Positions 11,700-20,000 of a stretch of DNA of 20,000 bases are shown piece after piece. The notes under the pieces are model-generated. The model saw only the letters and a program-made list of their open reading frames with translations. It ran no database searches and was not told the DNA's origin. Position numbers and translations under genes: made by a program. Origin of the DNA: Perkinsus olseni (lineage: Eukaryota); NCBI GenBank assembly GCA_013115125.1, contig JABANN010000110.1:50210-70209 (forward strand), given 5' to 3'. Each line of letters opens with the position of its first letter. The first letter of the stretch is position 1.

Positions 11700-14534
11700 A
11701 GATCGAGTTGGGATGGGGAGGGCCGTGAACCTTGAGAAGGACTAGCATCAGGTACAGCTGGTTCTCAGCAGCCGTGGATGGAGGTCACCTAGCGCACTGT
11801 CAACTCGTGAGGATCGATCAGTGAGTGCGATACGAATTACGCGAGGGGATAAGCGGTGGTCTGTAGGGAAGTGCTATGCCTCATGGACCCTGGTTCGATC
11901 CCTGCTCCCTCCTTTTCTCCTGTCCCCGACGGCACATCGCATGAGGAAGGCTCAGTTGGCATTGTTGTAGCGGATGGAGTCGTCACAGCGCTGGCCTTCA
12001 ATGTAGTACACGGCAACTCTCTTTCATTATCGATCAATCAAAAAATCTCGCGAGAATTTGTATTCCGACCTGGGAAGGGTGGGAACGGAGAATGCACTCT
12101 CGTCGTGTTGACCTGCTCTGATCTAGGGAATGGGTTCTCAAGCGGCAGGGGTGTGATAGGAGCTACTACCACACAGAGTGCAGTTCAAAACGGCGCTCTG
12201 TTTTTACAACAGAGAGTCCGCGTTGTAACGTCAGCGTACAGCCCAACGTCACCGCCCTACCACCCGAGTGCGCCGCCAGCTGACTAGTAGCCACGGTACT
12301 GATGGTGGCACCGTGATGGTGGTCGTGGTAGGGCACATTCACGCCAGTTGTGGCGGCGGAGCTTGCCGGGAGGGAGGGAAGTATCTTAGTTTCGCCCCAC
12401 CTTCTTTCCCAGCACTACTTTCTGTGCTCAATGAACCGGCCTTAACTGCTCCCTCTTGAAACAAGATATATCGATGCTAGTCTGACTGAGCCGGTCTTGG
12501 GCGTTGGGCTTAAAACTCTCGCACGCCCGCTCGGACGAAAAATAAGGACTTTTCCAATTTCTTTCTTACGCGAGTGGGAGTCGGTATTTCTCATGGCATC
12601 CGATTTAAGCATCGGTCGCGTCGTATGCGCTGAACCCTCGGGGAGCGTTGAACTGCTTGACAACTAGCATCGCCGAAAAACGCTATTACAAGCATCACAG
12701 GGTGGAACTTCACTACTATCCTGTTGAGGGTGAGCCTTGGCAACCAAGCCGTTCAGACGTCTGCTTAGCCGTTGACCGAACAACTCACTTTCTTTGCTGT
12801 TTCTTCTATTGGGCGAAATTACCTCTCAACGACAGTCGAGTGAAGTATTCCGGAGGAGATGCCGCGGATGTCGCACGCGTGGTGCCATTTTCCGCCAACC
12901 CATATCATGCGTCGATCAACAACTTTCGTTCTGCGTCTTTTCCACCTGAGGAGAGTTGCAGCGCGAGGATCGTGTCAATCACGCGCGTCCGCCTGCGTGT
13001 ATTCGCGATGATTGTGTTTTCCGACGCGGCTGTGGTGAGCATCGGTCTTCTAGGCTGTCGGAATCCTTGATCCGCTCAGACGGGTTCCACCTCTCTCGGC
13101 AAACTACTCCGGCGGTCGTGACTTTTCTCCCCAACTACCCTTGGGAAACGAGTATCACTTTCCTTGCAGGTCGCGCCTGGTACTCGGGGTTACTGCACCG
13201 TCGGCACAATGACTGCTGAGGACTTGGCTGTGCTGAGGGATGTTGCAACCCAGGTGGACAGAGCCGAAAGAGGTCGGATGGGTGGGGATTTGTGTCACGG
13301 CGAAACATTAAACGATCCCGTACATTTGCCCAGTGTGGCGATAGGTGTAGCAGCAGCGCCATCGCTTAGAGGACGTCGTGATTTGGTCGTGATGTGAATC
13401 GAGTTACGCATTGACAAAACCTCCTCGGTCTTCATTCACTGACATGCAAGGAATCTTCGCTGTGCGCATCGATCAGCCTGTGCATATGGATACGCTCCTC
13501 TCCGTATCAGATAGCATGTTGCGAGAAGGTCGTCGTTATGTAAGCTTGAAGACCGCGGAGATCCGGAATGTGGTGGCCATAGCCAGTGACGGTCCAGCCG
13601 CACATCCTCGGAAGCTGAGAAGCTCCATGGGGGTTTCTAATGTGGTGCCCCTCCCAGCACCATCATCATCTCTCACTCAACCTCACATACTCATCGGTGG
13701 AAAGACTACTATGATACCGGTAGTTAGGGAGCGCTCGCCCAGCTGATCGATTGTGTTGTCATTGCTTATAGAAGACGATGGATCGAGGAGAGTTTAACTT
13801 GCCTCCTCCCTCTGCGATACGGTTCGGGCCGCTGCCAGCATGGCCGACCAGGCCGGTTTACGAAGACATCGAGGCAGACGGATCGGCGACGTGGGGATAT
13901 GTGGTGAGAATTCAACGTTTTGGCGTGCCATACCACTCCTTTCGCAAATCAGGGTGGCCTGTTGATGCTCCTCACCGTCCTGTTGGGCGTAGTGTATCGG
14001 AAGGAGGTAGAGCAAGTGGTGGAGGAGGCCTCCCAGGTCGACCACTCCGACTAGGGTGGGGTTCCCTCCTCCAGCTGTGGTTGTTGTAGCTCTCATCATG
14101 TTAACAGATGTTCTGTCGAGGGATACTTGTTGTGTAGAGTCGTGTTAGACCAGCTTATTAAAGCACTTCGACCTCCGCAGATGGAAAGTATCAGATATCG
14201 GGCCGTATTTTATTCTCGTTAAAGACGCTTTGGACGGCCGTCTTATGGCTTGTCAAACACGGGCATCCAGCGGCAAATATCGGAATGGCGGATTTGGTCC
14301 TCGTGAACGACCTTTTGCTCGGCTTTGCAGATGTTCCTTTGCTACGGCTCCAACCACAGAGGCGTCCAGCGCAGCTACCCTCGCTATGGTGGTTCTCTCT
14401 CTCCATTGCCGAGTCCAGAAATCTCATCGCTGCTGCTGGTGGTGCGTGTCCGTGTTATCCGTACTGTGATCGATGTCGTCAACTTAGCCGGTGCACTCAG
14501 GGAACAGGGAGCTCCAGGGCCGCAACTAGGGTGA
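11700..14534 (+). CDS. Hypothetical multi-exon gene(s), product unknown; start approximate
   Basis: Run of + strand protein-like ORF segments (11856-, 12900-, 13164-, 13411-, 13778-, 14180-) separated by GT..AG segments. The last frame ends ...GAPGPQLG* at 14534. No domain recognised. Could be more than one gene. Confidence 0.5.
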
Positions 14535-14696
14535 AACATTTCAAGGAGAGTTTCGGGCCGCCCCCCCCCTCCGACCAAGGCCGAGAGGGGGCCCTTTGAG
14601 AAAGGGAGCGTAGTAAGCTCCCCCTAGTAATAGGGCCCCCTACGGTGTTCGATTCTCTAGGCCCTCCTGGGCGATCTTGCTCAGGGAACAGGGAAC

Positions 14697-14993
14697 TCAC
14701 TTGAGGGCGGTACGAAGCTCCCTCTCCCTATACGCTCTTGCCAGTGATAGTAGCACTACCAAGTCTGGCGAGGGTGGTTGCGTCTCTCGCTTGTCGTCTT
14801 TCACTACACTGGTGAAGATCACTGTGAAGTTTATCCTCCTGATCCGTTCTTGCTCCGATGAGAAGCTAGGCTGATGGCAATAAGATAGTGGACGAAAGAT
14901 TGGATTCCCGACGTCAATCCAGACTCCTGTTCTCGATCAGTTGGTCTCTATATTAACGGCGGGTGTTCCGCTCCCTTGAGGGTTGTCAGACAT
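14697..14993 (-). pseudogene. Short 99-codon frame with one internal TGA downstream of an SL relic (retrocopy pseudogene or small spliced gene)
   Basis: ATG at 14993: MSDNPQGSGTPAVNIETN*SRTGVWIDVGNPIFRPLSYCHQPSFSSEQERIRRINFTVIFTSVVKDDKRETQPPSPDLVVLLSLARAYRERELRTALK*. The internal TGA is at 14939-14937. Confidence 0.35.
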
Positions 14994-15016
14994 TGACTGA
15001 ACCCAACAATTCAGAA

Positions 15017-15038
15017 CTTGGGCCAAGATGGCTACTGC
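15017..15038 (-). other. Genomic relic of the Perkinsus/dinoflagellate spliced-leader exon
   Basis: Minus strand reads GCAGTAGCCATCTTGGCCCAAG versus the recalled Perkinsus SL ACCGTAGCCATCTTGGCTCAAG (18/19 over the 3' part). It is not followed by a GT donor, so it is not an intact SL RNA gene. Confidence 0.8.
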
Positions 15039-15159
15039 GCACTGAGATTGGGAGATAGACGCAATAAGACATTCCTCTAACACTAACAGCACCGCCCGTT
15101 GTGTTGAAGGTGAAACGAGAATAGATCGGAGCTCTGCCGGGCCAGCTCTTCGTACAATC

Positions 15160-17120
15160 ATGAACCAACACCACCAGCAGCAGCATCAGCAGTCTCCGAT
15201 GAATGGAGGCCCTCCATCGAGGAAGTTGGTCGACCCCGTCGCCGCTGGCAGGAAGGTATCATCACAGCTGGCAGTACTGCGAGAAAAAATAACAGGTCAT
15301 CATGCGGGGGTATCTTGAGGTCGACTCTGACATATATACTGAGTTAAGATACTCCTCCTCGTCAGGCATTGAGCGGCAAACAGAACAGGAGGTTCGTCAC
15401 CGTCGCGACTCTGAGGAGGCCCGCTTGGGTTCGATTCGGGAGGGTCTCGGAAAGATCGAGAAAACCCTCAACTCCGAAATAAAGCATCGCGTTGACGCCA
15501 ATAAGGCGATGAAAGGGTAGTAGGCAAGTTCCGTCATAGACTAGGGTCAAGCTAAGATACTCTCCGTCATAGACTAGGGTCAAGCTAAGATACTCTCCGT
15601 CATAGACTAGGGCCAAGCTAAGATACTCTCCGTCATAGACTAGGGCCAAGCTAAGATACTCTCAGGATATTCGAAACGCAGATAACTGCAGCTCAAGAGA
15701 GGATGGACTCGTTTTTTACTGAACGACTGGACCAACTTCAAAGTAGGTCGCCCTCATCCGCCCTCGAAGTCGAATACCATAACTTCAACAAATCTCAATG
15801 AACATGATCATTTCCCGCCTCCTTGTCTCTATACCTCATTGCCAGCAAGACCTCACATTGTGCTGCGTACAAGCAGGCACGATCGAGGCTATTGGGGAGA
15901 GGGTAGCGGCGGTCGAGAGGGACTTCTCGACGGAGAGGGAACGCTATATCAGGGATATCGAAGTGAGACACATTCCGCAGCCCCAAGGCAAATCGTGAAC
16001 ACCACTGAAAAGAGCGCGGGAGCAGTTGCAGGCTCCAACTGTAGAACCATTTCACCTGAGCAGCACCTCCAATCTGGAGCTGGACCGTGAAGGACTCGTG
16101 TTAACCACCAGCGATACTCCTTATAATGCTCTGGGTGACAATGGTACTATCTGCCATCATTGCTGGTGTCACCCAGACCGTAGCACCTCACCCACAGTGA
16201 GACCATCAGGACGAGCCTTGCCTAGCTTCAGTCGCCGCTTCGTTGCAGACTCGCCTGTGACTGCAGCGATTATGTAGACGAATGTGAATCGTGCGTGTGA
16301 GCATAAAGCCCCCCGCCATAAAACAACTGTTGAGTATCTATCGTCTCTGTGGCTTGTCAACTCATAACCTGTTTTAGGAGAAGAACTCATCAGTTGCCCG
16401 AGACGTCTCCGCCCTCCACAACGCCACGGAGAATGATAGAGTATCTCGACAGGAACGAGAGACTAGTGTCGCCAAGAGACTGGCCGATCTAGAATACCGT
16501 ACCGAAGGTAGCACACCATCCACGGGCAGGGGGCCACATTCTCCTCTAGCCGATTCCCACTGTGATCGAACACAGTCCGCGGGTAGTCCTCGTTATTGGA
16601 GGCACCATGCCGATCAATGCGGTCGGCTGTGATCATCATCAGACGACAGTCAGCGTGTCATCAAATATTTATCATTATGTTCTTACTGCATTTTATTGGT
16701 CTATCTATTTCCAGTATTCTCGAGATCTGTAAGTGGACAGCGGTAGTAGCGGCAAATGTGTAACTACATTCCACCATGTTCGGCATCCCTCGCCCGAGGG
16801 CACCGCTGTATTAGGTAAACTGGAACAGGAGAGAGTCTCTCGTGAAACTAAATTAACCGAATTACGCGAGACTGTTATGGAGTGTAAAAGACTTCGTGAA
16901 AAGGGAGACGAAAAATTCCAAACTTTCATCTTGGACGAGGTGGCCACGCTGAAGAACAACCTCGTCCTCGAAGCACAACAGCGAGAGCAATGCGATGACG
17001 ACATAGTGCAGGTTAGAGACCACCGGACTACGGATCTTTCCCTCAGTATTCTTTCAGGCGCTCAACCATTACACGAGAGCTCTCCAGGATGCACTCAGGA
17101 TGGTTAATTCGACTTCATGA
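15160..17120 (+). CDS. Striated fiber assemblin (SF-assemblin/beta-giardin family), 7 exons
   Basis: Coiled-coil translation ...LAVLREKITG|IERQTEQEVRHRRDSEEARL...LNSEIKHRVDANKAMKG|IFETQI...|...ERERYIRDIE|EKNSSVARD...|KLEQERVSRE...REQCDDDIVQ|ALNHYTRALQDALRMVNSTS*. The C-terminus is characteristic of SFA. Confidence 0.9.
15530..15661. repeat. 4 x 33-bp tandem minisatellite in SF-assemblin intron 2
   Basis: Unit TCCGTCATAGACTAGGG(T/C)CAAGCTAAGATACTC at 15530, 15563, 15596 and 15629. Copies 1-2 have T and copies 3-4 have C. Confidence 0.97.
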
Positions 17121-17474
17121 CGATGTTGCCTCGGCTAGCGTTTGTTTTGTTGATAGTATTCCCCGGTACTGAACGCAATGGCAGAGACGAGAATATTGAT
17201 TCGCCAAAGAAGGCGGGTATACTGGAAAAATGGTGTCCTGATAACATTCTACATCAAATAAAAATCTCTCGGTGATGATAGAGTCTAACACTGCTGCTGC
17301 TGTGCTGCTGCCTCAAGCAACGCGAGCATCAGGTTCATTTACTGCTAACACTGAGGAGGAAATGAGTGAACCATATTCCACCCGAGTGAGCGGTGGAACC
17401 TGTGCTCATAATAGTGAAGTAACTATACAATACCGTAATGATCATGATGATGGTGATGTTGCCGTTATTAAGGC

Positions 17475-17786
17475 CTACCGGTTGCTCGTGTAACTCCGCA
17501 AAACCACTGGATGACCATCAATAATATGAGGATTGTTCATAGGGTGAAGTATGTGTTGCACAGCCGCATCGGTGGCGAAAGTAGCGAAGCCAAAACCCTT
17601 ACTAATACGAGATCGACGGTCCATTATAACGACAGCCTCTATTAGATTGAACATGGGGAACCTTATAGTGAAATAGGCCCCTAGACTGGCACTGCTTGTC
17701 TCGCTCGATAGACCCCCGACGAAGATCTTGTTGTTGCAATGAGCCATATTAGATTGCTCGGCCGCCGCCGCTCTTCTCTGCATCTG

Positions 17787-17817
<31 letters not shown>

Positions 17818-18650
17818 CGTTGTTGTTGTTGTTGTTGCACGAACGCCGCAGCAGCCGCTCGGTTACCACCACCACGATTTGAAGAGGTTATCCGATCGGG
17901 CAACGGGAAGGGTAATAGTGAGCCCACTTGTATTGCCGGATGACCAACAACCAGATCTTTCGAAGCGAAAAGCATAGGTCTGAATTCGGACACCAGTTCG
18001 TTGACTGGGCTGTTCCGATAATGCTTAATGTTAGCCTCCAAGCCCTGGATACGAGCCCATGCAACCCCGCACTGCTTGTTGGAACGCATGAGCTGAGCAG
18101 AGATTTCAGGAGTTATCACAGTAGCCTTAGACCCACTGTTGTCATCCCAGTACAAACCAGACGTGTTCGCCTCAGCCACCGACCGAGCCAGTAATACACC
18201 AGCGATCTTCAGTCGGAACCGAACGGCAACTTCATGAGAGCTGAAGTTGATAAAAGCGTATCCCAGATTGCTACCAGACTTGAAGTCGAGTGGCGAATAG
18301 AAAAAATCAAACTCGCCGAGGAACCCTTCGTGTTTCACTGCATTGGCGATATCCATTTGGCTGAGCTTATTGGGTATGTTGCGCAACATGACTGTAGTTA
18401 ACATCTCCGGCGGGAGCCCATCAGAGGGCGATTGTTGAGCTTCTCGATTAACTTTATATTGTTGGCGAGAAGAAGGCGAGTAGCTACCAGTGTATCTAAC
18501 AGTGTCAACCGGCTGTTGTGTCAAACCAGTTTCTAAGCCCTCTATGATAAGGCCGCTCACAGCAGGGGCATCGTGAGTGTCGCTGAGATCAATCGTACCA
18601 CTACACCATTTCCCGTGCAAGTTTGACACGTGAGCAGACAAGAATGACAT
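17475..18650 (-). CDS. Mei2-like RNA-binding protein (Mei2-type RRM + polyQ + canonical RRM); 5' end probably disrupted by the transposon
   Basis: TTVMLRNIPNK...FDFFYSPLDFKSGSNLGYAFINF...WARIQG...HYRNS is the Mei2 RRM3 signature. C-terminal KIFVGGLS...SKGFGFATF gives RNP2/RNP1. Uninterrupted ORF. In-frame ATGs at 18650 (inside the TE end) and 18404. Confidence 0.88.
17784..17837 (-). repeat. CAA/CAG microsatellite encoding Q6-R-Q11
   Basis: (CTG)n/(TTG)n run on the + strand, inside the Mei2-like ORF. Confidence 0.9.
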
Positions 18651-18883
18651 TGTTGAATCCAAGAATGACAATGAGAATTCAAGAATGTCAAATGTGATAC
18701 CTGTGGATGCAAGTTTGACAATGAGAATTCAAGATTGTCACACCCATAATATGTCGGGTCCAAGATTGACACTGTTTAGTTCAACTTTGACAGGCCCATT
18801 TTTGTGCTATTCAAGATTGACAGTATTCCATCCAAGAATGACATTGCGCACCCAAGATTGACAATACGCATTCAAGTTTGACA
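18618..18883 (+). repeat. Array of 12 direct 11-bp motifs CAAG(A/T)(A/T)TG(A/T)CA with variable spacers
   Basis: Motif starts at 18618, 18639, 18660, 18680, 18710, 18730, 18761, 18782 (CAAC variant), 18812, 18833, 18853 and 18873. Confidence 0.92.
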
Positions 18884-18983
18884 CTGCAACACAAAGCTTG
18901 CGCAGAGGGGAATCGCGAGGGTGGTTCAATATTTAACTCGGTTTTATTTGAATATTTCAATATTCAATCTCGCGTCGTCAGAG

Positions 18984-19000
18984 TTTGTTGTCTCCCTTAG
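18984..19000 (+). promoter_or_regulatory. Splice acceptor (polypyrimidine tract + AG) 3 nt before the transposase ATG
   Basis: TTTGTTGTCTCCCTTAG|TAA ATG. Confidence 0.55.
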
Positions 19001-19003
19001 TAA

Positions 19004-20000
19004 ATGGCTCGCGACTACCGTGTTGTCGAAGATTCGACGCGCAAGGCCATACTCACGAAGTTCAAGGAAGGAGGGAACGGGTGGCTAAAATTTGCTAAGG
19101 ACTTGGGTGTCAAAAGAACAACTGCCTACCAAATTGTTAAAAAAGGGAGCGACAAAAAGGGTAAGTGGGGCGGGAGAAGGGAAAAGACTGTTAAGGTGAC
19201 TGCCGAAATCACGGCAAGGCTCCTCGCTGCGGTAGAGCAGAATGCGAGTATCACGCTGAAGGCCTTGAGGGAGAAGGTGAACGGCGCTGTTAGCACCTCT
19301 ACCATCGACAGAGTACTTGATGGTAGCCTACTCACTCTCAAAAAAATAACTCCAGTTCCTGTGGACAAGAACTCCCCGCAGAACATCGCTAAGCGAGCGG
19401 TATACTGCCGAGATTATCAAGGGGAAGTTCGTAAGAAAATCCATATCGATGAATCAAATTATAATTTGTGGACGAGAAGAAACTACGGAAGGTCCCGCTT
19501 GGGAGAGCGTGCCAAGAAGAAGGAGAGGACGGCCAAAGGTCGGAATTTGAATATACTCCTGGCCATATCTGACGATGGCGATGTTGTCCATCATGAAGTT
19601 CACCCTGGATCGGTGACAGACAAGTTCAGGGATTTCATGGGAAGCGTATGCAACGCGCTTGATGGCGAAAGGGCAGTTATTTACATGGATAATGCGCCTA
19701 TCCACAAGAAGTTATCGAACTTCGAGCTCGTGCCGGAGAACGTGGAGGTTAGGAGATTCGACAGCCCTTATTCTCCGGAATTAAACCCTTGCGAGGGATG
19801 CTTCTCGGTTTTGAAGGCCTTCATAAAGGGTAAATTGAGTGAGAGGGACCCGATGCAGGATAGAGAGAGAGCCGAAGAACAGCAGCAATACCTATACCAG
19901 TATCGCGAAGACCTACTGCGTGGCTTGTGTGTGGAAGCCATGGAGCAGCTGACGAGAGATAAGATCAGGGGCATGTATAGGTTGGCTGATACCTGGGTGA
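19004..20000 (+). CDS. DD34E transposase (IS630/Tc1-like, DDE_3), 3'-partial; absent from the ORF track because no stop falls in the window
   Basis: 332 open codons. HTH region FAKDLGVKRTTAYQIVK, linker WGGRR, second HTH ITLKALREK...VSTSTIDRVL. Catalytic IHIDESNYNL, IYMDNAPIH and PYSPELNPCE, with 34 residues between the second D and the E. Confidence 0.95.
   Translation, partial: MARDYRVVEDSTRKAILTKFKEGGNGWLKFAKDLGVKRTTAYQIVKKGSDKKGKWGGRREKTVKVTAEITARLLAAVEQNASITLKALREKVNGAVSTSTIDRVLDGSLLTLKKITPVPVDKNSPQNIAKRAVYCRDYQGEVRKKIHIDESNYNLWTRRNYGRSRLGERAKKKERTAKGRNLNILLAISDDGDVVHHEVHPGSVTDKFRDFMGSVCNALDGERAVIYMDNAPIHKKLSNFELVPENVEVRRFDSPYSPELNPCEGCFSVLKAFIKGKLSERDPMQDRERAEEQQQYLYQYREDLLRGLCVEAMEQLTRDKIRGMYRLADTWV

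Larger units (their letters stand above)
18604..20000 (+). mobile_element. IS630/Tc1-mariner superfamily DNA transposon, left part (runs off the window)
   Basis: Transposase ORF from 19004 and a subterminal motif array at 18618-18883. Candidate left end TA|CACCATTTCCCGTG, with a TA target at 18602-18603. The exact end is inferred because the right end is not visible. Confidence 0.82.

Noticed and set aside
14586-14641. SECIS element
   Set aside because: No RUGA...GA non-Watson-Crick quartet with a correctly spaced helix II on either strand.
15017-15038. Functional SL RNA gene
   Set aside because: No GT donor follows CAAG and the 5' end deviates. It is treated as a relic.
15362-15649. Minus-strand ORF with repeated LVYDGEYLSL
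   Set aside because: It is just the translation of the 33-bp intronic repeat, antisense to SF-assemblin.
15530-15661. 33-bp repeats as a CRISPR array
   Set aside because: The units are contiguous with no unique spacers, lie in a eukaryotic intron, and no cas genes are present.
17266-17358. Box C/D snoRNA (GTGATGA 17272 ... CTGA 17351)
   Set aside because: The interior is low-complexity (CTG)n in convergent 3' UTRs, and I cannot identify a convincing rRNA-complementary guide. A snoscan run would settle it.
18618-18883. Repeat-spacer array as CRISPR-like
   Set aside because: Repeats of 11 bp and spacers of 9-20 bp are too short, one spacer is duplicated, and the position next to a transposase fits subterminal binding sites.

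Overview
Gene-dense eukaryotic DNA with many short GT-AG introns. It is most consistent with a Perkinsus (Perkinsozoa, alveolate) nuclear contig. That assignment is inferred from a near-perfect Perkinsus-type spliced-leader sequence, the intron style and the gene set. From left to right: a cytochrome P450 (+); a poorly defined hypothetical gene (-); katanin p80 (-), with one tRNA-Trp(CCA) antisense inside an intron and an identical copy just upstream; an FHA/RING-CH protein (-); a multi-exon hypothetical gene (+); a spliced-leader relic heading a short ORF interrupted by one TGA (-); SF-assemblin (+), with a 4x33-bp intronic repeat; a Mei2-type RRM protein (-); and the left ~1.4 kb of an IS630/Tc1-like DD34E transposon. 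The transposon has 12 helically phased 11-bp subterminal motifs, carries its own splice acceptor before the transposase ATG, and appears to have inserted into the 5' end of the Mei2-like gene. Exon boundaries were read by eye and are provisional.
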